A stretch of DNA of 64,000 nt from Heterodontus francisci (taxonomy: Eukaryota). The position numbers and the translations under genes were made by a program. Below, piece by piece: positions 38,291 through 50,700 of this stretch (position 1 is the stretch's first letter; each line of letters begins with the position of its first letter). A model generated the notes under the pieces. That model had not been told where the DNA came from, made no database searches, and saw only the letters and a list, made by a program, of their open reading frames with translations. The DNA lies in contig NC_090412.1 of assembly GCF_036365525.1 (NCBI RefSeq), forward strand, positions 22,016,029-22,080,028, read 5' to 3'.

Positions 38291-39893
38291 AATGCAAGAC
38301 ATTTCAGCCATCCATCCAACATTGTGTCTCCCTCCAATGATTGCAGGTAGGACCAGCCAATGACAGCAGCATCAGATAGGGGGTAGCATCTGCTGCAGGA
38401 GCATCCTATGATCTAGCACAGGACCACCTCAGTCCCAGGAACCCTCCCATTGACACCATTCCCTACCACCCCAGCCTACTGCCTCACCTACTCCTTCCAG
38501 TAACAAGAAAGAGCACAAGATTAAAATGCAAGATGCACAAAACACACAATAACACCTGAGCTATAGCAATCAGCTATTTTAAGCAGGCCTTTTCTCTGTT
38601 TAAAATAAACCAGTTAATGCCTATTTAAAAATATTGCATATAGTGATGAGCAGCAGTCACCATGATGCCCCCTTGTGGTCACATACTCCAACAGCCATTG
38701 TCTATGCTCACAAATGAACATCAGTCACGGGTAAGATACTGAGGTTAACTGTCACCTGTGACACTGTAGCTCAGTCAGATGCCAGCAGAAGAGAGAAAAG
38801 GAGAGAAAAAACGAGCTGAGAATTTTTTAAAAATCAAGAAATAAAATAAATAATGGGTGAAAGAATAAACAAATGAATTACAGATGAGCAAAGGAAGAGA
38901 ATATTCCTTGTACATCATTAAATTGTGCAATGGATATTATACGAGACTCAGAAGAAGTGCCCAACTGGTACAGATCTGCATGTCATGGCTGGGGCATGGA
39001 AATTGTGAGTGAAGCAGAGGACACCTGCAGAAGTGTGTGCTCCTCACTCATGCACATGTACTGTTTTCAGCCTTGGCTGGGGAGGCAAGGCAGTGAGAAG
39101 AGAGACTGGGATGTTCCCATGGGAAAGAGGAAAGCAACTGTAGCTGGTGACCGTGCCATCTAAACTCTAATCAGAGTGCTTGTTGCTATGGACAGGTGAG
39201 AGGTGATAGGGATGGTTCCCCCTTTTTCACCTCTCAACTGACTGAAGACACGTACTTTTTCTTAAATAAGGTGTTTTTTTAACCCGAGTGCTTTAATTTG
39301 TCAAGAACAGACGAACGACAGGTTTTCTCATAAATTTAAAAAGAAAGATAAATGTTTATCGTACAACACCTGAAATATATGCAACAACACCCACTCTCCT
39401 ACTCATACAGATACAGACACACACACGCTGAAGAAAAGATTATAAAGATAATATGCATTCGGTCTGATGATTTTTAAAGAGTTAAACTTGCTTTCCCCCA
39501 GCGTGAAGACTTAAAATGATGCAGGCCTACAATCTTTTCCCTTATTCACTGAAGAAGGACTTGGAAGGTTCAGAAAGACAGATGTGCTGTTGCAGACTGC
39601 ACTTGCTATATTCCAGCCAAAGGTCAATGACGAAGTCCTGGTCCGATTTCTCAGGTAGTGAGTTCAAACCCTCCAGTCTCTGCCTACATATAGTTCAAAG
39701 CTGGTAATCTTAAGCAAGGTCATTTCTCTTCGATGGCATAGATGGATCTCCTTTGTCTGCCCAGAATATACCTTTATTAAAGCTCTTTATCAGAAACCTA
39801 GTTCCTGTCATGTGACCATAGTTTCTCTTTCCATGGCCCTCATAAATGGTTTCTGATGTTTAGGCCATTGTTAGACAACGAGGTCCGGGTGTC

Positions 39894-40884
39894 AAAGAAC
39901 AAAGAAAGAACAAAGAACAGTACAGCACAGGAACAGGCCATTCGGCCCTCCAAGCCCACGCCGATCTTGATGCCTGTTTAAACTAAAACCTTCTGCACTT
40001 CCGGGGTCCGTATCCCTCTATTCCCATCCTATTTATGTATTTGTTAAGTTGCCTCTTAAACGTCGCTATTGTACCTGCTTCCACCACCTCCCCTGGCAGC
40101 AAGTTCCAGGCACTCACCACCCTCTGTGTAAAAAACTTGCCTCGCACATCCCCTCTAAACGTTGCCCCTCGCACCTTAAACCTATGTCCCCTAGTAACTG
40201 ACTCTTCCACCCTGGGAAAAAGCTTCTGACTATCCATTCTGTCCATGCCACTCATAACTTTGTAAACCTCTATCATGTCGCCCCTCCACCTCCGTCGTTC
40301 CAGTGAAAACAATCCGAGTTTATCCAACTTCTCCTCATAGCTAATACCCTCCAGACTAGGCAACATCCTGGTAAACCTCTTCTGTACCCTCTCCAAAGCC
40401 TCCACATCCTTCTGGTAGTGTGGCGACCAGAATTGCACACAATATTCCAAGTGTGGCCTAACTAAGGTTCTGTACAGCTACAGCACGACTTGCCAATTTT
40501 TATACTCTGTGAACCGACCGATGAAGGCAAGCATGCCGTATGCCTTCTTGACTACCTTATCCACCTGCGTTGCCACTTTCAGTGATCTGTGGCCCTGTAC
40601 GCCCAGATCTCTCTGCCTGTCAATACTCCTAAGGGTTCTGCTATTTACTGTATACTTCCCACCTGTATTAGACGTTCCAAAATGCATTACCTCACATTTG
40701 TCCAGATTAAACTCCATCTGCCATTTCTCCGCCCAAGTCCCCAACCGATCTATATCCTGCTGTATTCTCTGACAATCCTCATCAGTATCCGCAACTCCAC
40801 CAACCTTTGTGTCGTCTGCAAACTTACTAATCAGACCAGCTACATTTTCCTCCAAATCATTTATATATACTACAAACAGCAAAG
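39894..40884 (-). mobile_element. Young CR1 LINE, 5'-truncated (~1 kb), open RT C-terminus
   Basis: YINDL..SKFADDTK..EYCVQFWSP..FFTQRVV in ORFs 40478-40882 and 39983-40450. Confidence 0.93.
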
Positions 40885-41279
40885 GTCATTCATCCTCATC
40901 TCATCTTGATAAAGTGGAGCTTTTCACACCCATTCTTTGGAATTTGAGTTTGGAGTCAAAAAGTCTGCAACATTATTGTTAACCCAATTAGTTGGGGAGA
41001 AGCAGCCATGACCACAGAAAGGGTCGCTTGCATTTTAATGATTTCTCAGGGATGTGTCCAGAGATGTTGTTTGTATTTTAATGACTTCTCCAAGACTTGT
41101 CCAGACATGAAAATTAGCTCTGGGTTCTGGTAGTTTTATGTACAGTGGCAGGAAAGGAAAAGTTACCTGACCTCTTATTCCATTTTGTTTACAAGATAAG
41201 TGTCCATTTCGGGTTTACTTCATAAGTTCATTTTATAGTTCATAAGTTCGGATTGCGTGAGCATGACACTGTTGACACT

Positions 41280-42055
41280 AAAGGCCTGTTCAGGTCACGA
41301 AAAAGAACCCGACCTGAGCCTGACTGATCCACAGTGGACCCGAGCCCAACCTGGCCCGAGTCCCTCCAATTTTGCCCTGAGCCTGACCCAACCCAAACCC
41401 GGCCCCGACCTGACCCGAGCCCAACCCGACCATCCTTTTATTTACCTTCCAATTCAGAACCTCCAGGAAACTGCAGCGCATGCGTGATGACATCATAGTG
41501 ATGTCACTCACTCACACCGCAGACTCAGTTTCGTCCCGAACTCTCAGCTCAGGTAAGAACAAAGAACAAAGAACAGTACAGCACAGGAACAGGCCATTCA
41601 GCCCTTCAATCCTGCGCCGATCTTATGCCTGCCTAAACTAACACCTTCTGCACTTCCGGGGCCCATATCCCTCTATTCCCTTCCTATTCATATATTTGTC
41701 AAGATTTCTCTTAAACGTCGCTATCGTATCTGCTTCCACCACTTCCCCTGGCAGCAAGTTCCAGGCACTCACCACCCTCTGTGTAAAAAACTTGCCTCGC
41801 ACATCCCCTCTTAAATTTGCCCCTCGCACCTTAAACCTATGTCCCCTCGTAACTGACTCTTCCACCCTGGGAAAAAGCTTCTGACTATCCACTCTGTCCA
41901 TGTAAGTTTTTTCATTTCAATACTTACCGGCAGAGCACTGACTGTGTGAGTCCGGCCCGACCCGAGCCTGACCCAGACTCGACCGGACCTGACCCGAGCC
42001 TGAAAACCAGCCCCAGAAGAGGGGCCCGACCCGACCCGAACCCGAACCCGAGTCT
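41280..42055. mobile_element. Non-autonomous DNA-transposon-like element with CCCGA repeats, interrupted by a CR1 tail (41558-41901)
   Basis: Arrays of CCCGA(C/G/A)/CCTGAC at both ends; the CR1 insertion is flanked by a GTAAG duplication (41553-41557 / 41902-41906). Confidence 0.6.
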
Positions 42056-42214
42056 GTTTAGATAGTGTACTTCAGCAAACAGTCTACAGAGTCTATTTAA
42101 AAAGAGTCGCTATGAACAACAGCAAAAGAGCACATGACCAAAACTGCAGCAACTTCTGCCAAAAAAGCAGGGTTGATTTTTCCAGCAAAATGCAGCGAGT
42201 GGAGAATAGTTACA

Positions 42215-45200
42215 TAAGAACATAGAACTTAAGAACTAGGAGCAGGAGGAAGCCATATGGCTCCTCAAGCCTGCTCTACCATTTAGTAAGTTCATGGCTG
42301 AACTTTCCCAAACTAACTTCATATCCCTAGACTCCCTTAGTGCCCAAAAATCTATTGGTCTCAGTCTTGAATATACTCATCTATTGAGCACCCACAGCCT
42401 TCTGGGTTGAAAATTCCAAAGATCCACAATACTCCAAGTGAAGAAATGTCTCCTCATCTCAGTCCTAAATGGCCAACCGCTTATCCTGAGATTATGAATC
42501 CTAGTTCTTAACTCTCCTGTCAGGGGAAACAGCCTCACAGCATTTACTCTATCAGGTCCCCTAAGAATTTTATACATTTCAATGAGGTCACCTAAATTCT
42601 TCTAAACTCCAGAGAATATAAGCCCATTCTACTCAATTTCTCCTCATAGGATGTTCTAGTAATCATTCTAATGAACCTTTGTTGCAGTCCTTCTAAGGCA
42701 AATATATTCTTCCTTAGGTAAGATGACCAAAACTAAAAACAGTACTCCAACTGTAGTCTCACCAAAGCCCCATATAATTACAGCAAGACTTCCTTACTCT
42801 TATATTCCAACTCCCTTGCAATAAAGGCCAACATGCCACTTGTCTTCCTGATTGCTTGCTACACTTGCACTTTCTAACTTTCTGTGATTTGTGTACAAAG
42901 ATACCCAAATCCCTCTGAACACCAACATTTACTTGACTTTTATCATTTGAAAAAAATTCTGTTTTTTCATTCTTCCTACCAAAGTGGATAATTTCACACT
43001 TCCCAAAATTTTCCTCCATCAGTCACCTTCTTGCCAATCACTTAACCTGTCTATCTCCTTTTGCAGTCTCTTTATGTCCTCCTCACAGCTTACTTTCCCA
43101 CCTAACTTTGTATTGTCAGCAAGCTTGGATATGTTACACTCAGCTCCCTCATCTAGGTCATTTACAAAGATTGTAAATAGCTGAGGCCCTAGCATCCCAA
43201 GGAATTATGGGGAATGAGGAATTGAAGGAAATTAGTATTAGTAAGAAGGTTGTAGTGGAGAAATTAATGGGGCTGAAGGTTGATAAGTCCCTAGAATCTG
43301 ATATTCTACATCCAAGAGTGTTGAAAGAGGTAGCTGTGGAGATAGTGGATGCATTGGTGATCATCTTCCAACATTCTATAGATGCTGGAGCGATTCCTAT
43401 TGATTGGAAGGTCGCAAATGTCACCCCACTATTTAATAAGGGAGGGAGAGAGAAAACAGGGAATTACTGACCTGTTCACCTTACATCAGTAGTAGGGAAA
43501 ATGCTAGAATCTATTCTAAAGGATGTGATAAATGAACACTTGGAAAATAATGATTTGATTGGGCATAGTCAATATGGATTTAGGAATGGGAAATCATGTT
43601 TGACGAACCTGTTGGAGTTTTTCAAGGATGTTACTAACGGAATTGATAAAGGGGTGTTGGTGCTTGGATTTTCAGAAGGCTTTTGATAAAGTCCCCCACA
43701 GGAGATTGGTTAGCAAAATTAAAGCACATGGGATAGGAGGTAATATGGATTAAGGATTGGTTAACAGGCAGAAAGCAGAGAATAGGAATAAAAGGGACAT
43801 TCTCACATTGGCAGGCTGTGACTAGTGGGGTACCACAGGGATCAGTGTTTGGGCCCCAGCTGTTCACAATATATATCAATGATTTGGATGTGGGGACCAA
43901 ATGTAGTATTTCCAAGTTCGCAGATGATACAAAACTAGGTGGGAATGTGTGTTGTGAGGAAGATGCAAAGCGGCTTCAAGGGGATTTGGACAGACGTAGT
44001 GAGTGGGCAAGAATGTGGCAGATGGAATATAACATGGAAAAATGTGAGGTTATCCACTTTCGTAGGAGGAATAGATGTGCAGAGTATTTCTTAAATGGTA
44101 AGAGATTAGAAAGTGTAGATGTACAAAGGGACCTGAGTGTCCTTGTCAATAAGTCACTGAAAGCTAACATGCAGGTGTAGCAAGCAATTAAGAAGGCTAA
44201 TGGTATGTTAGCCTTTATCACAAGAGGATTTGAGTATATGGGTAGTGAAGTCTTGCTTCAATTGTATAGAATCTTGGTTAGACCACACTTGGAGTACTGT
44301 GTGCAGTTTTGGTCCCCTTACCTTAGGAAGGATATTATTACCATAGAGGGAGTGCAACCACGATTCACCAGACTTGTTCCCGGGATGGCGGGACTGTCCT
44401 ATAGATTGGGGAAATTCGAGAGATTGGGGAAACAGGGCCTGTATTCTCTAGAGTTTCAAAGAATGAGGTGATCTCATTGAAACCTACAAAATACTTAAAG
44501 AGATAGACAGGGTAGATGCAGCTAAGATGTTTCCCCTGGTTGGGGAGTCTGGAACCAGGGGACACAATTTCAAAATAAGGGGGAAGCCACTTAGGACAGA
44601 GATGAGGAGAAATTTCTTTATTCAGAGGGTTGTGAATCTTTGGAATTCTCTACCCCAGAGGGTAATGGAAGCTTAGTCATTGAGTATGTTTAAAGCAGAT
44701 TTATTTGACAGATTTCTAAATACAAATGATATAAGGAGATATGAGGATAGTGTGGGGATAAGGCATTGAAGTAGATGATCAGCCATGATCATATTGAATG
44801 GTGGGGCAGACTCGATGGGCTGAATGGCCTACTCCTGTTCCTATGTTCCTTTGTCCTATGTTCACTGATCCTTGTGGGACTCCACTAGTTACAGCCTGCC
44901 ATCCTTAAAATGACCCATTTATTTCTACTCTCTGTCCATTAACCAATCCTCAATCCATGCTGATATATTACTCCCCATGGCATGAGCCCTAATTTTGTGT
45001 ACCTGTCTCTTGTGTGGCACCTGAAAATCCAAATATACATTTATTGGTTCCCCCTTATCTATCCAGCTAGTTACAATTTCAAAAACTCTAATAGATTTGT
45101 CAAACACAGTTTCCCTTTCATAAAACCATGTTGACTGTGCCTAATTATATTGTCATTTTCCCTGTTATCATCCTTAATAATTGATTCTAGCAATTTTCCC

Positions 45201-45500
45201 GACTACTCATGTCAGGCTAACTGACCTATAGTTCCCTGTTTTCTCTCCCCCTCCTTGTGAGGTTAACATTTGCTAACTTCCAATCCATGGAGACCATATT
45301 AGAATCTAAGGAATTTTGGAAGATCAAAACCAATGCATTCATTATCTCTGCATCCACCTCTTTTAAAACCCTAGGATGCAGGCCATCATGCCCAGGGATT
45401 TGCTGGCTTTTCATTCCATTTATTTCTCCAGTATTTTTTCTTTACTAATATTAATTACTTGTAAGTTCCTCAGTCCCATGAGACCCTTGGCTCCCCATAA
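42215..45500 (-). mobile_element. CR1 LINE (-) interrupted by a second CR1 (+)
   Basis: The minus-strand CR1 breaks at CTGAGGCCCTAGCA (~43195) and resumes at CACTGATCC (~44863). Confidence 0.85.
43196..44862 (+). mobile_element. CR1 LINE nested in an antisense CR1
   Basis: HPRVLKEVA, ANVTPLF, KSCLTNLLEFF, GVPQGSV, FADDTKLGG, LEYCVQFWSP motifs; (TTCCTATG)-type tail. Confidence 0.92.
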
Positions 45501-47751
45501 GGATTATGTGTCCTGCAAAATGCACTGAACGTATAGTAATTACAGACAAATTATGGACATAAAATAAATCTAGTCACCCTTGGCATCTCCAGCTTTGATT
45601 GGCTGGGAAATTATCCAATTATACCTGTTCTGGCCGGGAATAGTGTCGTCATTATATGTACATAAGCAGCAGGTATGAAGGCAATTTCTTATGATTTAGA
45701 CTTTGATGGGTCAGAAGAACACACTGCAACAGAATAGCAGTTACTGTATTTAATAGCAGTGTCTAAGTGAACAACAACTGATTAACAAGGCAGTGATGTC
45801 TGGTAAATTTCTTCTTAAAAATGTCTTACTTAACTTATTCCAGTTTTCTTGTTTTGAATTGCAACGCAGGTAATATCTATAATTTGTCTATAACTTCCCA
45901 ACAATTGAGAACCAGAGCAGCCAATTCGCAGCAATAATAAAATGCTTTGTATAGACTGGTTCTGTTGTTTGCTCTGACTGTGCTTTTGTTTTTTGCCGGA
46001 ATAAACGTAACAAAATATTTTTAATTCCTCCACCCACTCCGAAAAAAAAAAGAAATGAGAAAGAGAGATCCCAGGAAAACTGTGATTGGTCTGTGCGGTG
46101 GGTGATTTGCACCGAACCATTCTCATCCTGTCGGAGGTTTCAGAAGTTTTCTTGTCTATTGTTTGAATAAAATCCTTTACGAATCAAAATGTTAGTGTAA
46201 TTTAATTTGATTTGTACCTCACTTACCCCCCAAAAAACTGCCTTTATCTAATAACTTCTGTTCAACTCATGTATTGTTCAACTGTGTTTCCCACCAGGTG
46301 CAGACTTTAGCGAAAGCTGAGCTCTTGCCAACACCCAGTGAGTGAGAGCCAACTAAGTTTGTTTCATTTCAGGTAGTGTGTGGATTCACTCCTGTTCTAT
46401 TTAGAGTTTTTTTTTATTGGGGGTGCGGGCTTGATAATACTTTATAGCTAATAATTATTAATTATCTATTAATAAATTATATAGTAATAATTATTACCAT
46501 TTCTGCTGGCATAAACACAGCAGGGCTCAACTGCAGTTCACGACATGGGATTGTGGCTTGTGATTAATGACTCTGGATTGTTATGCCAATTATCGGAGAT
46601 TCTGAATACTGTTAAGAAAACTAATTCAATACAGGATATTGCGACTTAATGTACTGCCTCCAAAATCTTGGGAGATTTAGGTGATTCCGCTTTGTCTCAT
46701 TCGCTTTGATCAGTTTTTAAAAAGAAATTACAACAGTTAATTCAGCCTGGGCTAAAATAAAGGATATTAAACAGTTCTCAACTATAAAGAGTAAATCAAT
46801 GATTCAACAAAATGTGGAGATGACTCTTTTAAAAAAGAAATATGAATTCAGTCTTGCCTAACAGAATTGTGTTTCCCAGAAATGTGCAAGTTAACGGCAG
46901 AGATTTTTTTTAACGGATTCACATTCGTTAAGGGTGCAATTTCTTGAGTTATTCAGTGTATCTTTTGTACTGTCGCTTCAGGTAGTAACGGAAAAGATTG
47001 AGAACATTTTTGTCCCTTTACGGATTAATATTTGGAAAATTGTAAATCTAAATCTCATTTAGGCTGATAGTTATTTGACAGAATGTATATGTATTTGATT
47101 GGGAAAATCATATCTATCACTTTAATTGTATCAGGATCTTTCTGCGCGTTTAAAAAAAATTGAGTTGATTACAAAGACATGGGAGTTACCTTCCAAAGTG
47201 ACTGCGGCCACTCCGGGTCTCTGTTGTAAAACCACACACTTATTAAACATTTGCATTTCAGTTTGGCTGAGAGGATTGGTTTGTAAAGTCTTGATAGTAT
47301 TCCCGCCTCTGAGTCGGAAGGGGAAGGGTTGAAGTCCCACTCCAGACAGCCCGGAGCTCCGACTCTGAATGTTGGGTTAACGGCCCGCGGTGGTGCCCGT
47401 GTTCACTGAACTCCTAAAGGGCAGGTGAAGGGAAACGAGAAACCACCTCAGCTGCTCTCCCCGAGTGAGAGGCTCAAATATCCCATTGTGTGAGCCTTGA
47501 GTTGGAGCCAAGCTGGGACATAACTCAAAGGACAAGCTTGATGCAAAGGTGGAATAAAAATCGACCTTGGCAGGACAAATCACTCAGTAATTCAGTGTGG
47601 AAAATCACCAGGAAAATCAATTCTTATGTGTGTGAGAAACGTAGCCCACTTGATAATAATTTACACCAAGTCAAACTCTGAAGAAGTAAGTTTATTTAAC
47701 GTTCTTGCAAGATCGGGTGTCCTACAAGCAGGCACACCGATCAACATATTC

Positions 47752-50700
47752 TTTCTTTTTTTCTTTTGGGCCTCCTTATCTCGAGAGACAATGGATACGC
47801 GCCTGGAGGTGGTCAGTGGTTTGTGAAGCAGCGCCTGGAGTGGCTATAAAGGCCAATTCTGGAGTGACAGGCTCTTCCACAGGTGCTGCAGAGAAATTTG
47901 TTTGTTGGGGCTGTTGCACAGTTGGCTCTCCCCTTGCGCCTCTGTCTTTTTTCTGCCAACTACTAAGTCTCTTCGACTCGCCACAATTTAGCCCTGTCTT
48001 TATGGCTGCCCGCCAGCTCTGGCGAATGCTGGCAACTGACTCCCACGACTTGTGATCAATGTCACACGATTTCATGTCACGTTTGCAGACGTCTTTATAA
48101 CGGAGACATGGACGGCCGGTGGGTCTGATACCAGTGGCGAGCTCGCTGTACAATGTGTCTTTGGGGATCCTGCCATCTTCCATGCGGCTCACATGGCCAA
48201 GCCATCTCAAGCGCCGCTGACTCAGTAGTGTGTATAAGCTGGGGGTGTTGGCCGCTTCAAGGACTTCTGTGTTGGAGATATAGTCCTGCCACCTGATGCC
48301 AAGTATTCTCCGAAGGCAGCGAAGATGGAATGAATTGAGACGTCGCTCTTGGCTGGCATACGTTGTCCAGGCCTCGCTGCCGTAGAGCAAGGTACTGAGG
48401 ACACAGGCCTGATACACTCGGACTTTTGTGTTCCGTGTCAGTGCGCCATTTTCCCACACTCTCTTGGCCAGTCTGGACATAGCAGTGGAAGCCTTACCCA
48501 TGCGCTTGTTGATTTCTGCATCTAGAGACAGGTTACTGGTGATAGTTGAGCCTAGGTAGGTGAACCCTTGAACCACTTCCAGAGCGTGGTCGCCAATATT
48601 GATGGATGGAGCATTTCTGACATCCTGCCCCATGATGTTCGTTTTCTTGAGGCTGATGGTTAGGCCAAATTCATTGCAGGCAGACGCAAACCTGTCGATG
48701 AGACTCTGCAGGCATTCTTCAGTGTGAGATGTTAAAGCAGCATCGTCAGCAAAGAGGAGTTCTCTGATGAGGACTTTCCGTACTTTGGACTTCGCTCTTA
48801 GACGGGCAAGGTTGAACAACCTGCCCCCTGATCTTGTGTGGAGGAAAATTCCTTCTTCAGAGGATTTGAACGCATGTGAAAGCAGCAGGGAGAAGAAAAT
48901 CCCAAAAAGTGTGGGTGCGAGAACACAGCCCTGTTTCACACCACTCAGGATAGGAAAGGGCTCTGATGAGGAGCCACCATGTTGAATTGTGCCTTTCATA
49001 TTGTCATGGAATGAGGTGATGATACTTAGTAGCTTTGGTGGACATCCGATCTTTTCTAGTAGTCTGAAGAGACCACGTCTGCTGACGAGGTCAAAGGCTT
49101 TGGTGAGATCAATGAAAGCAATGTAGAGGGGCATCTGTTGTTCACGGCATTTCTCCTGTATCTGACGAAGGGAGAACAGCATGTCAATAGTCGATCTCTC
49201 TGCACGAAAGCCACACTGTGCCTCAGGGTAGACGCGCTCGGCCAGCTTCTGGAGCCTGTTGAGAGCGACTCGAGCAAAGACTTTCCCCACTATGCTGAGC
49301 AGGGAGATTCCACAGTAGTTGTTGCAGTCACCGCGGTCACCTTTGTTTTTATAGAGGGTGATGATGTTGGCATCGCGCATGTCCTGGGGTACTGCTCCCT
49401 CGTCCCAGCACAGGCATAGCAGTTCATGTAGTGCTGAGAGTATAGCAGGCTTGGCACTCTTGATTATTTCAGGGGTAATGCTGTCCTTCCCAGGGGCTTT
49501 TCCGCTGGCTAGGGAATCAATGGCATCACTGAGTTCCGATTTGGTTGGCTGTATGTCCAGCTCATCCATGACTGGTAGAGGCTGGGCTGCATTGAGGGCA
49601 GTCTCAGTGACAGCATTCTCCCTGGAGTACAGTTCTAGGTAGTGCTCAACCCAGCGGTCCATCTGTTTGCGTTGGTCAGTGATTATGTCCCCCGATTTAG
49701 ATTTGAGGGGGGTGATCTTCTTGATGGTTGGCCCAAGAGCTCTCTTCATGCCATCATACATTCCTCTGATGTTTCTGGTGTCTGAGGCCAGCTGAATATG
49801 ACTGCATAGGTGTTGCCAGTAGTCGTTTGCGCAACGCCTAGCTGTTCTTTGTGCAGTACTTCTGGCTGCTTTAAGTGCTGCGGATGTTAAATCGCTGGGG
49901 GCTTTCTTGTAGTTCAAAAGTGCAATGTGCTTAGCGGCTATGACAGGTTCCAGCTCTTCATTATGAGATTGAAACCAGTCTGCATTTCTCTTCGCACTTT
50001 TGCCGTAGGTGGTCAAAGCTGACTCATAGATGGCGTCTCTGATGTGGGCCCACTTGGTCTCAGCATCCCCTGTGGGAGTGTTTTGAAGGGCTGTTACAAG
50101 TGAATTTAGAAATTTTTGTAACAGCTGTGGGTGAGAAATTCTGCTCGTGTTGATGCGCGGGTGGCCCTTCTGCTTGGAATGATGCAACTTCTTTGGTCTG
50201 AGTCTAACCTTGCTGCACACCAGGGAGTGGTCGGTGTCGCAGTCCGCACTGTGGAAGCTGCGTGTGATTTGAACACTGTTTAAGGCGGCTCGCCTTGTGA
50301 CAATGAGGTCTAGCTGGTGCCAACGACGTGATCTTGGGTGCCTCCATGAAACCTGGTGACAGGGTTTAGTGTGAAAGAACGAGTTGGTGATGCAGAGGTT
50401 ATGATAGGTACACAACTCAAGCAGTCTCTGCCCGTTCTCATTCATCCTTCCAACGCCATAGCGCCCAAGGCAGGAGGGCCATGAGTCATGGTCGGCCCCA
50501 ACCCTGGCATTAAAGTCCCCCAGCAGGAATAGGTGTTCGGTGTTGGGGATGCTGCTAATGATGTTATGGAGTTGTTCATAGAACTGGTCTTTAGCTTCAG
50601 GTGCGGAGCAGAGTGTTGGAGCATAGATGCTGAGTAGGTGTACTGGACCAGAGGTGGTGAGCAGTCGGATGGACAGTATGCGTTCCGAGCCATTTGAGGG

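Noticed and set aside
39190-41250. Possible LTR-like element around the young CR1 (and a similar one at 55561-56160)
   Set aside because: Composition suggests a repeat, but I could not define termini or a TSD, so it is not called.
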